From: Antedon mediterranea
Lineage: Eukaryota > Animalia > Echinodermata
Direction: 5' to 3'
DNA: 64,000 nt
Assembly: GCF_964355755.1 (NCBI RefSeq)
Contig: NC_092674.1
Location: 10,230,001-10,294,000, forward strand
Part shown: positions 24,394-36,600 of the stretch, one piece after another
Layout: each line of letters starts with the position of its first letter
How positions within the stretch are numbered: position 1 is the stretch's first letter
Position numbers and translations under genes: made by a program
Notes under the pieces: model-generated
What the model was told of the DNA's origin: nothing
Databases searched by the model: none
What the model saw: only the letters and a program-made list of their open reading frames with translations

Positions 24394-25378
24394 TTAGGTT
24401 TCGTTTAATCACTTTCCTGTAGCAACTCTTGGCCTTCTGAATGTTAAGTATTGAATTTATCAGTTATTATTTTAATCAGTCTTTGAGCTCCAAATTAGAA
24501 AAGCTTTATATTGTACATTTTAATAAATAGTGTACCGAGTTCTTACTTGCATAGTAAATTATACAAAATCAACAGCTTAACATCCATTTCCAAAGGATAA
24601 AGTAATCATAGCACAATTATGAACAACTTAGTAAAACATAAAAAACATCATTATTCTGTTTCAAGAAAAGGGAGGAGAGTAGGAGGCTTCCTTCCCCAAA
24701 AATATTGATATTTGTTATAACTTATATATATTTACATTATATATATATAATTATTATATTGTTCAACTCTGCATTTGATGACTACTGTCACTGTTAAGTG
24801 GTGATGAAAAAAAAAATTGTAAAAAATAATAATGTTATTATCATTACTCCATGTTATTATATATATTATAATATGCACACATCCTTTATTGATTTGAAGA
24901 ATTGAATACTATAGATATAATATATCTTTAAAGTGTATAGCCTACTGCACTTTAATAATCACTTCATGTTTGTCAAGAGATAGATTTGCAGCAATGTGGC
25001 TCCTATTATTGCTATTTGGCTAACAAATCAAACAAAAAAAAGCTTATCTGGTATGTAAACACATATTGTAGATTATAAACATACTAAACGGACGTAGTAA
25101 ATCAAATAAAAGAATTTCAAATCAGGTTAGCACTGTTATTAGAACAATAGACGGATTGTGATTTCTCTATAAACATATCCACAGAAAAAAATGTTTGGGA
25201 AAATGTTTAAGCATGCTATTTTGTAATTTTGCACGCAATTAAAAAAAGTTTTAAAATATTTATTTATTTATTTATTTAACTTTGTTTTGTTTTACTTATT
25301 TATTCATTTGATGTCTACTGTCTAGTATTCAATTTTGAAAAAAACATTTAGAGTAAAATAGGATAACAATTACTTTTA

Positions 25379-25586
25379 TATGAGGCCACCTTGTATGTAA
25401 TTATGAGGTTAGAACTAAATCCGATTGTTCAGAGAAGTTGACATTTTCATTTGTAAATAATGAAAACATACATAGCTATTATAAATTGCAAATACTGTAA
25501 ATTAAAGAAAAAAATGCTTATGAGGTCACCTTTTAAGTATGAGGTTATAGAACTAATCCGATTACTCAGAAGTTGACATTTTCAAT
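25379..25586. repeat. Diverged local direct duplication (about 70 bp, about 140 bp apart)
   Basis: TATGAGGYCACCTT...ATGAGGTTA...GAACTAA(A)TCCGATT...AGAAGTTGACATTTTCA occurs twice. Confidence 0.7.
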
Positions 25587-25966
25587 CTAGATAATGATGT
25601 ATTTTTATTAGTATGAAATATGTAGTATACCACTTGACACCAACTATTTTTACTCTCAGTAACTGGGTGGTCATTGAACTCTAAGGATGGTCCTTATAAA
25701 GAGACCACCAAATATTGTTCAACATCATCATGATATTTTATATATAGTATTATAGTATAACTGAAGTTGGTCAACCATTTATGATGGGCTTACTTTTGAG
25801 CCGTTGACAATTCACTGACTAACTGATTACCTGTTAATGACCTGTTTAATCAATTAAAATTAATTTAAATGTTTCCTGTGCAATATCCTGAATTGTTTGC
25901 AGTTGCCTTGCACTGATTCAATTAGCATTAATTAGTGTACACAATGATACTATCCATTATTCTGTG

Positions 25967-26134
25967 CCCAAATATGGTAGTGATATACCCAAATATAGTA
26001 GTGATATACCCAAAGATGGTAGTGATATACCCAAATAATGGTAGTGATATACCCAAATAAGGTAGTAATATACCCAAATATGGTAGTGATATACCCAAAT
26101 ATGGTAGTGACATACACAATTATGGTAGTGATAT
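25967..26134 (+). repeat. 21-bp minisatellite (8 units) inside a truncated MITE
   Basis: Unit CCCAAATATGGTAGTGATATA, followed by the right-hand part of the AGCTCTGTCTACAC-family MITE. Confidence 0.9.
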
Positions 26135-26405
26135 GTCATGTCCATATGTGTACATCACATTTTTGTGTACATCACGTTTTTTTGTCTGTCACAGTGTAAA
26201 CAAATCTTTACTTACAGTATGCCCAAAAAATAGATACAGGTGTACCCTTTCAGGACCCAAGAAAGTGCCCCGTTAATAGGGTTGTCACCTGAATAATAGT
26301 TGGCTGTGAGGTTATACCTTTTGTATCCAAGATTTCAAGATCTAAAACTCTACAATCGATTAGTCTCTTTCTAAAAAACATGGATCTTTGCCAGTAAACA
26401 ATAAG

Positions 26406-26520
26406 AAGAAAGTACAATTTCTGTAATGTTATAACAATACTATGTAGTGTGGCAGCCAAAATAAGAAAGTACAATTTCTGTAATGTTATAACAATACAAT
26501 GTAGTGTGGCAGCCAAAATA
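26406..26520. repeat. 57-bp tandem duplication
   Basis: AAGAAAGTACAATTTCTGTAATGTTATAACAATACWATGTAGTGTGGCAGCCAAAAT twice, one mismatch. Confidence 0.9.
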
Positions 26521-28001
26521 GACAGAATGAAATACTGCTATAAAAATAAACAACTATTTTTTTTCTTCAAATGTTCTTTAAAAAAGATTCTTTTAAACTT
26601 CCCAATATAATTAGTGTTAACTATGACTTGGAACATACTGTAGTAACTATTTGTATAGTAACCATAGATGCAGTGGAGTATTTTATTTCTAATGTCTAAT
26701 AAAACTCAACTAGTTCAAGATTAATGAAATACCGAATTGTATTACATTCAGTATACAATTCCAATTTGAAATAAGACACCTAACATATTAACATTATTAC
26801 ACTCATGTATGCTCATAAAACCCTTATTATAAATACAAATACGGCAGGGCTTTACATTTATACTGTTTGCTAGCAGTAGATCTTTGCTAGTTAAAAGATT
26901 CAAAATTAGCCAGTAATAAAAAAAAAAAAATTACTTTTCAGTCTAATCAAAGAGGGTGTATTTAATCTTGATATGTTAATTAATATAAAATTTGTAAAAT
27001 GAATTTATGAATTTCATATCTTTTTCAATGTAAATTTCAAAATGTAAGGGTTGCCCAGGTATTGATTGTTTATTTACAATCGTATTATATCATCATCATC
27101 AATAACAACAATCATATCACTTTTAAAACAGAAAATATTCTTAGTGTTACTGCAGTCTACATCAGTTCTCAATAAAACGTTGATATTACAATTTCAATTC
27201 AATTCAATTCAATTTCAATTCAATTTCTTTATTGCTGCAAATGCCATCAAGGGCTAATATCCGCTTAAACATACTACATCATACAAACATATACATATTT
27301 ACGTTTCAAACAATATTAATAATATTTCAAATAACAATAATAAGGTTTATATATCACATGAATATTAATTTCTTACTGTATTACTATAAAAATCTTGAAG
27401 ACAAATTGTTTTCATGTTCATTCCATCACTAATGTATTCATTTATATTTTTATTGTTTTGTTAATTCCAGCTGGAATATTTACATATTAACTGCCTATGA
27501 CACAATGCTGACACAGACAGCCATTTTATTTACCACATTTTATTTCCCGCCAAAGACATCCTACTGTAGCTTTACTATCACTGGGAATTCTGACAATTTT
27601 TTATTCAGTCCTGAAAGATTATACCTCATTTAACAATAATGGCCTGTAAAAGTTGCCAGAATTTTGAAATAAAATCTGCCACAATAACTATAAGCATTGG
27701 ATTTCATTGGGCGAAAGCTATAAATTAAACCTGCCAACAAATGTAGATAAAAAAGAAAATATAAAGCTAGCTATGACTAGAAATGAAATAGGGGAAACAT
27801 TACTTTTTTTAAAGTTAATTTTTTAAAACAGTACAAATTTTAAGAATCTAATGCTTAACCCACTGATTGGTCATGACATATTAATTGATAAGGCTTCTAT
27901 TAATTGTTACTATAACTATTGAATATAAATTTGTATTACGCACTTAAATAAAATTATGAATTCGAGAAATTAAGTTAAATTTATTTTTTTGCTTGCTTTA
28001 A

Positions 28002-30699
28002 CACGTTCACTGCCACGACGTATTTATACGTCAAAAATTGCGTGTCGCTACTTGCCAAGACGTAATACTACGTCAAAATCGTAGCACTTTTGTATTGTAT
28101 GTAGAATCGCTGGCAGTGGTGATTGGAACAGGAATTATCGCATGGCAGTTTATGAATGATGTACGTAAACGATAATCTAAAAATAAATGTCATATGTTTG
28201 TTTGTGTTTATTCCCTCATGCATTGAATATGGTTGATACGATGGCGCCCTCACACTCAATATAATCATCTCAAACATGTCATAAATTGCGCTAATAGTAA
28301 ATAAAAATAATAAAGGATGAAATGATTCAGTGTGGTTTACTGTTTTTATCTCTCGATGATAGGGTGGGTCAGAGGATGGGGGTCAGATATTGACCCCAGC
28401 TTGTGACGTCATTGGAAATAAATACTATAATTACGCTATAATAATAATAATCATTTTTTATTTTAAAATAACACAAAATGGCATGTAATACACAGCCGGT
28501 CATTTCTCATCTCTTTGGATTACCGGTACACATTTTATTTACTCGTGATATGCTTTGAAGCAGTTGACTACACAGAGGGAGGGTCTTTGAGGGCAGACAG
28601 GACAGTAGTAGCGTGTTTCTTTTCTAACCTGTGCATTTGCGCAGACAACGCATCTTTTGGCACGATTGGCTTTCTTTTCCGAAGCTGGCAGCACATCAAG
28701 GTAATGAAATGCGGCCCCGGCCGGGGCAGGTGGGAGTGGGTCCCCTTTCTCCTGAAGAGCAGTATATGCATCTCCTAGCAAACTAACTGTCAGACTGTCA
28801 CGAAATTCCAAAAGTGACATATTTTTCCCGGTTTTATCTTTATACATTATATGGGAATTTATAATACACATCTCAATTATATGTAGGCCTATCTTTTTAT
28901 ACCAGCGAAGCGTCTTACGTAAAGAAGAATAATAAGACAACATCTGGTCGGACGTGTCAATTCCCATGTTGTAGTCGCCAATAATATTTGGTTTGTTCTG
29001 AATTTTACCATTTCGATTCGTAACATCGACCATCTCAACTCTGTGCATGTTCGATATTGTTAGCACGTTTCGTTTGTCCTTCCATTTACAAACGACTACT
29101 GATTCGGACCGTTTCCATTCAATTTCTCCTTTCTTCAATTTTCTGTTTATCACATCCTTGGGGTTTTCGGTGCGATCAAATCTGAGCGTTCCACATAAGT
29201 ATGTAGAATGCTGGGTTAGGTGTTTTGTCAGCCCTACAGAATTATAATAATTGTCCGTATACAAAACATGGCCTTTGTCCAGGTAATCTTTCATAAGTTC
29301 TAAAACTATAGCTGCAGTCAGTCCTAGGCCTTCATTATCTTCAATAATCCCAGCTCCAGTGTATATAGCGATTTTTATGATCATACCTCGCGATTCACAT
29401 AGTTCATAAAATTTCACCCCATACTTGTGGCGTTTATTCTTTATGTACTGTCGAAATAGTAGCCTGCCGCGCCAAAGTACCATTGATTCGTCAAGGCACA
29501 ATTTCTTTGTTGGATAATAAATGTTCTTCATCGTGTCATTGAAATGATCCACAAGAGGTCGTATCTTGTATAATCTATCATCATGATGTGCTTCATTATC
29601 AACGAAGTGCCAGAATCGTAACATTAGTTGAAAACGGTTACGGGACATAACACCGCCGAATAATGTGTTCTTGTACAAGACATTAGAGCTCCAGTAGTGC
29701 TCCAATGTTGGTTTATTATTTGGACCAAGTTGAATCATTAGAGCAAGGAACTTCTTCATCTCAACTGCGTTCGTATTGTACCAGGCATGCATACGTGAAG
29801 AACGTGTCAACGGTCTGTTTTTATTGATCTCCGATATAGCATATTTGTTCATTTCGGTAACCATCATATCTATTATCGGTGGCGTAATAAACAATTCAAA
29901 AAAATCAAAGGGTGATGCATCATCTGGCATTTGGATTTTTAATCCAGGGATCTCTGAAAATATAAAATCTGGTGGGTCCTCTGCAACGTCTGTCCATACA
30001 TGATGCCCACCACCACGGCGAGCAGCAGCACCACGGCGAGCAGCAGCACCACGCGGCACACGACGAGGTGCACGACCACGTCTTGGACTTCCTACTGGAG
30101 ATGCATTCCTTCCGCGCCCGACTGCTCGGCCGCGCCCTCCTCTCATTCTTGGGCCACGCCCGCGGGGTACAGGTCTACCACGCATCACCACTGCTGGGCC
30201 TACGTCTGTGTCATCCGAAGAAGTGATACTATGATCACTATCTGCATAATCACTACTCATGTCATCTTCACTATATTCATCAATTGATCGCATATCAGAA
30301 TCTGTATCTACATCATCTTCATCGTCTGCCATAAGTATAGCTATAGCTTGGTCAGCACTAATGTTTTCCGCCATTGTGAACAGCAATGTGGGCAATGATG
30401 TACCGCATGCACGTGGACAATGACGTATGAGCGTGGACAATGACGTATATGAACAGTTTGACCGATTTTAGCGCGGAAAATCCCTGACGTATATTTACGT
30501 TCCTGGCAAAGTCAATAAAATTGTTGGACCATTGCCAGTGACGTATTTATACGTCTCAACGGTTTTTCCCGCCATCGTATTTTGAATGACATCATGATAG
30601 TCTGTGACCAGATGTTACACTTTCAAACTGTAATTTAATATGTAAACGGGACTTGGCACTGGGACAGAAATTACGGAAAATGCCTTGGCAGTCAATGTG
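28002..30699 (-). mobile_element. Full-length piggyBac DNA transposon (2698 bp)
   Basis: TTAA TSD at 27998-28001 and 30700-30703. The 14-bp TIRs CACGTTCACTGCCA / TGGCAGTCAATGTG match at 12 of 14 positions. Sub-terminal palindromes and a transposase ORF are present. Confidence 0.95.
28539..30374 (-). CDS. piggyBac transposase (PGBD4-like, DDE_Tnp_1_7 type), 611 aa
   Basis: First ATG at 30374 (ACAATGG context). Catalytic motifs LCLDESM, LYTDNYY and GIDTSDQMLSYY; also MSRNRF, KRHKYGVK and RWYKK; C-terminal cysteine-rich domain CVVC-x12-CPVC-x6-C-x3-C-x4-H. Confidence 0.95.
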   Translation of the reverse strand: MAENISADQAIAILMADDEDDVDTDSDMRSIDEYSEDDMSSDYADSDHSITSSDDTDVGPAVVMRGRPVPRGRGPRMRGGRGRAVGRGRNASPVGSPRRGRAPRRVPRGAAARRGAAARRGGGHHVWTDVAEDPPDFIFSEIPGLKIQMPDDASPFDFFELFITPPIIDMMVTEMNKYAISEINKNRPLTRSSRMHAWYNTNAVEMKKFLALMIQLGPNNKPTLEHYWSSNVLYKNTLFGGVMSRNRFQLMLRFWHFVDNEAHHDDRLYKIRPLVDHFNDTMKNIYYPTKKLCLDESMVLWRGRLLFRQYIKNKRHKYGVKFYELCESRGMIIKIAIYTGAGIIEDNEGLGLTAAIVLELMKDYLDKGHVLYTDNYYNSVGLTKHLTQHSTYLCGTLRFDRTENPKDVINRKLKKGEIEWKRSESVVVCKWKDKRNVLTISNMHRVEMVDVTNRNGKIQNKPNIIGDYNMGIDTSDQMLSYYSSLRKTLRWYKKIGLHIIEMCIINSHIMYKDKTGKNMSLLEFRDSLTVSLLGDAYTALQEKGDPLPPAPAGAAFHYLDVLPASEKKANRAKRCVVCANAQVRKETRYYCPVCPQRPSLCVVNCFKAYHE

Positions 30700-33600
30700 T
30701 TAACATGCCCTTATGAAAATGGATAATATTTTTTTAATAGAGTATTATGGTTAAATTTTAATGAAATTTTATTTAGTTATAGAAATTATATTTAATTTAA
30801 ATATGTAATGTACATGTACAAAGGGCATACTGCAATTGAACCAATAATATTTGCTTTAAAATATAGTTCATCATTGTTAATGTAAATACCAAGAGTCGTA
30901 GTAAAATGCATTTACTCTAATAAATAACAAATCTTATAGCCGGTTGGTTGTACTTTGGATTTACACAGATGAATGATTGTCTGAATAGTGGGCGTAAATG
31001 GATCTCAAATTTGTTTGTTAATGGTTGAAATATTACAGTATTATAGTTTTTACCATCTGTCAGAAACCATCCTCCTCTCTAACCCCATATCAAATTAATT
31101 AAACATCATTCATTAATAATTTCGAAAACATTTTAATTAAATCTATAGCAGCACATATATTTATTGTGAGAGAATAAGATCCTATTTCTGCTGCAAACAA
31201 ATAACCGGTTAATAACCGTGTGAATAAATTAAGCCCAATTTCTTGGGAACATAAAAGGAAAAATTTTTAGAAACTGATCATTAAATGGCAGCGTAAAAAC
31301 ACTCAATCACTTCTGTGTTAAAACTTCATTTAACCAGAATAACTGCAATGCAAAATAACAGTATTTGATTGACAGCCGCCGACACACATAAATTTGGACA
31401 TGCAAAAAAAAAAATCTTTGTTTTATTTTTAAAAAAAAGGTTACGAAATATGATAATTTAATTCTCTCTTTCACAAAACATACATGATTGCAAAAGATAA
31501 CTTCAGAGCCAATGTGAGGGTGCCACCCCAACTTCAATAAATCATAATTAAGTAAATAGTTAGCCAGACATATGACAGATAAAATGAAACGCAGACCATT
31601 TCCTACTCCTACTACATCCTACCTTATTATTAAATCCTACGAAACCCCATTAATTTCAATTCATAATGAAACCACACATTTTAACTTCAATCATCAATCA
31701 GCCTATTTAAGAAATCAAACTATCGCTAACACAATGCAATAATAAACAGCACAGAATGTGATCGATAATGACCTTTAAAACTGAGAGAATAAATGACATT
31801 TAAAGTACATACTGTCATGTACTGACCTCCGACCTTACAGTACATTAATATAAATGTTATAAACATTAACTATTAGTCTTTCTCATATAAAGATATATTC
31901 AAATCCAGAAAACCAACATTTAATCATATTATAATGCATTACTAATATGATAATGTATGCGCATATTAATTAGATGAAAATTAGCATTAGAATGTGCTTT
32001 GTTGGTTTGCCCCGAGGGAGGATAATTATGAATGAAATGATAAATGAGTATGTTTATCTTGGCTCTTACGAATCATGTAAATTTCTACTGATTAATACAT
32101 TTTAAATTTAGCACTATATTCACTTTAATTCAATCTTTTATTTGGAATCTCTGGTTCATAGAAAGTAACATAACTATGTATAAATAAAACATTTAAAAAA
32201 AGTAGAATTACAACGAATAAAGTTAACTTATTATCACCACTGGAGGACAAATAAATAATTGCTATTATTAAGAAGATAGACAGGAGGCAAGTGGATAGAA
32301 CCATTCTAAGGCTATAGGCCCTCAAACCAGTTAACAGCGCAACCAATAGCCACTAGCTCTTCCCAATTGGATATACCAGAGCTGAATAAACACTCCCCTG
32401 AGCTGTTACTAATTCGATTACAATTAACACAGAGATCTTCAAGTACACCATCATCACCCGCATTCTATATCCCATAATTACAGTCAAGCCTGTCTTGTAA
32501 CGACCAGGCATTTGCTATTTAAGTGGTTGTTATGCCTATAGCAACTTTGCTGCAAAGAACGTTGATAATGATACAAATTGATACAGTACAGTATGCATTC
32601 TTTAGGCATTGTTAGATTTAATCATTATTTCATCCTCTAAATACTTAGGCTATTTTATTGCATAAACTGCAGTCATTTTGTGCATGCTATAATACTTAAG
32701 TAAATTAGTTCACTACAGTAATAGACAGCATACAAAATATATAATTATATTTAAACTTTTGTAGCCAATGCCTACTTAAATTTTTGTCATATTATTAATA
32801 GTATTAGTTGAAGTAGTCCTATAGCCATTGTACCTTCCTATGGTAAACTTTTTTTTCTCTTTCATAGTCAAATGACAGACAATGTATGTTTTAACACTAT
32901 ATTCCCAAACTCTATTTCTGGGAGACACCAACAATGTTGACATTTTGTTGGATCCTAAAGGTGTTCAGTTAATTGATACTGTATCATGTAATTTCATTAT
33001 TATTGTTATAAGCACAGTTAAGATTTTTTCTCTTTAAAATCTATTTCAGAGCTACACTGACGTTATATATAAAATAGCTATACTGATTTTATTGAAGTAA
33101 TATATCCATTGTTGATGCTGTATTCCTATAAATTTTTATTAATAAACTACTTGAACGCAAGGTGTGCCATGAAACCCGTTACATGCAATAATAATAATAG
33201 GAAATTGTAGAGCACACGATTAAGTTACTATCATTTTTAATTAATAGTTATCCTTTCCATTGACCTAACCATAGAGATATTATAGTGGGACCTAACCAAA
33301 ACGTTAACAATTAATGATACTTCAATTAATAAGTAAATAACAGACATATATTAAAATATAAGTAAAAATCAACTTTATCTGTGACTACAGGTAATAATCA
33401 GTTAAATAAATTATTTTGTATTTATTTTTTAAAATTATTTGATACTTCGAAATATAAACTAGCGTATAATTACTTGGATTGTTCCATACCAGAGGGTCCA
33501 CTAATTGATATTAATATACAAAATGCTAAATATTTTGAAATATCATATGGTCTGCATCAATATTGTCGGAATGCGTTTTATATTCTCATATACCAAACTT

Positions 33601-36600
33601 CAAATTCATATTTAATTGACAAAATTATAATCAGCAGAAGAAAAAAAATGCCTGCGTAATGATATTCGTCAGCTATGGTTATCATGAATTAAATAATATG
33701 TAGAGTTTTCATCTTACTAATGAGAAAATTCTCATCATAATAAAAAAAAAAGGTTAACTAATGAAAGAATTTTATAAAAGACTTTCACAAAAGATGTTTT
33801 GATTAAAACAGAATTCAATGTTCTGCATTTGAATTTATCTGTACAACTATAACTATGGACATTTATTTTAGAATATTTTCTTTTGTTAACAAAGAACGCG
33901 TATTAATACTGAAAATAACATGACAATTATTAACAGACAGTTTACCATTTTAAAAGTACTCTTTTCGAACACTCCTATTCATGAGACATCGCTATTAAGG
34001 CGATACCTTCCCATGAAATGAATAAGGAGCAATATAAGTTTTAACATTTTTAGGAGAGACTACTCCTATTAAGGGGACACTTGTTGGGTCTTTAAGTTGT
34101 CCCTTTAATAGAGGTTTTACAGTAATAATAATTAGGTAGTCAACTGTGCAGCAGTCTTTCATATGACTATGGAAAGTGTACGTAGACGGAAAAATCTTTG
34201 TCTAAAAAAGTGTGTTTTTATTGCATTGAACAATCCTTGTATAAGAATGTTAAATCTTTAAGTTGTTAATTCAGCCTTTGACCCCCTTTCCTCTTGTAAC
34301 CATGTGACATGGTTTATGACATACCATGTTAATCCCAGAATGCTTTTTATGCGACTCAAGAAGACTGCTGGGATTGCCTCCCAAGTTTTCGGAAAAAATA
34401 ACCATTTCAAGCACACCCTTATTTAATGAGACACATGCTTACTGGTACTACTTAAATTTATAAATAGCGTTTTGAACTATTAAACAATTCCATCCAAATT
34501 TGGGAGGGGTTAGAGCCGTATTCTCCAATACAATTTTCGTAAGTACACAGGATTTTAATAATTAAGTGGTATCCATTTAGATTTGATAATTGTTTAAATT
34601 TTGTTTGTGAATGGTTAAAAATATCGATCTCCTTAAATTAGGATTATGGGAAAGAGTATGTACAGTATAGTACGCCCAAGAAGTAAAGTAATGTGGGACT
34701 AAAACGGGGACTAAAACCAAGTTCTAAAGCTGGAGAAATTGTATATTAAATTAATGATGATTTCAAATGATTCAATTTCTATTTACAAATTACCAAATAC
34801 TGTACTGTAGTTTGTTCAAATTAATTTGAACTTTAAGAAAATTACACTACAGGATAAAAACGAAATCCGCTTTCTTGTCTGAGAAAATTAGCAAGTATAA
34901 TAAGCAATGCAGTCTGGGAAATTCCCCAAGGACAACAAATATGCAATATGAAACAGGTTTCAGATTTCAACCGACATACAACAAGAATACATATTTTATA
35001 GCTTTAGAAGGAGCCTTATATCAAAAGTAAAGTTGTTTAATCATTATTATAAATATTAAAATATGTTCAAAATCATCTACAATGAAATACAACTAATCTA
35101 CTGTACAACCTTCATCATATCATTATCAGCTTGCAATATGAACTTATTGATTAGCAATATTTTCTGTTCTTGCTATAAAGTAATTTCTAAATGATTATAA
35201 ATATAAATAGATCGTAAAAAAATTATTAAAAGGGTTTATAGATTAGACACTATTTTATAACCTTGAATAATTATGAGTGCAAATGAATAATATACTATTA
35301 CACCCCTATGTTGCTAAAACCCAGGGGCCTAGTTATGAAATTTGGTGAATGTTTTGGGTAGGATTATACTTGGATTGACAATAGAAATTAAAACAAAATG
35401 TTTGTCTTCAAATTAGGGAGGTGGGATTATATTCGAATATTGGTAATAATGGTAAATAATACAAATTTAAGTGGCACAACATAGTACAGGCAGGATGCTG
35501 ACTGATTGAAAATGAAAACAATGACATTATTGTTTATTTAGAAAACTGTGATACATAAATTAAAAGTAAACAAGTAACAAATATTGCAAGTCAATGTTTT
35601 GAAGAAAATATAAAAACTGATTTGAATAAATTATCCCAGCACAGACAAAAAAACCATCTCTACAAAAAAAAAAATCACCTAAAAACATTTTACATTTAAA
35701 CAGATGCTTTACAACTATACGGATGAACAAACAACAATTCCGCCAATAATAGTTGTAATGCAATTCAGTCCATTTAGACGTAAAATGTTATGCAAGGTTT
35801 GACCTTTGACATACAGTACGCTGCCAATAATAATTACCATTGTACAAAACAGCAGGCAATTGTTTGATAATAAATCTATTACTCTGAGCTGCTTTTGCCT
35901 GCAACGTCTTTTAGCTTTCTTTTCTTCTACAAATATGATCTTTATAGCTATTAAAGAAGGTCACACCTTATTAATCGCATAAGAATAAAACAAAATTGAT
36001 TTTAAAGATTTATACATCCTTTTCGTCAGTCATAATACAATGAGAGGAATTAAATTAAACTAAATTTGTATTATAAATTAATTACTAATTTTAAAAATAT
36101 ATTTCTGATAACATGCCATTTTATAAATATCTATTAGAAACAATTATAAAAATTTACATAATTTTTTTCTAAATAATATTTTACTTTGTATGACAATAAA
36201 TTAAAATTATAAATGTTTTAATCTTGAAATTTGCATGTATCTTTTTGTGTTTGACTATTATTCTAGTTTATATACTATACAATGTCCCTATGTAAGTTTG
36301 CATGAATAGGCGTGTCTCTTTAATAGGCGTGTCCTTTGAATAGGCGTGTCTCTTTAATAGGCATGTCCATTTAATATTGCCCCTCATTCACTTCACTGAT
36401 AAGTGTCCCTTTAATAGGGATGTTTTAAAGAAGAGTTCTACTGTACCAGTAATTTAATACGATACAAAAAACAAAGCTATGGCTCCCTTTTGCCTTACTA
36501 CAGTACCGTATGCAGCAGAGTTTGGAAAAATCACTGTGTGATGGCCAGCCGCTACTACTAGCTATACTATACAATTGTTTAGTTATATCTTAATTCTGAA

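Noticed and set aside
30375-30440. N-terminal extension of the transposase in the ORF track (633 aa)
   Set aside because: It depends on a TTG start. The first ATG in good context is at 30374.
30375-30490. CSB-PGBD3-style AFF-transposase fusion by splicing into the co-oriented piggyBac
   Set aside because: On the minus strand there is no AG between the in-frame TAA (30470-30468) and the ATG (30374). The nearest upstream AG (30485-30484) lacks a pyrimidine tract and precedes that stop.
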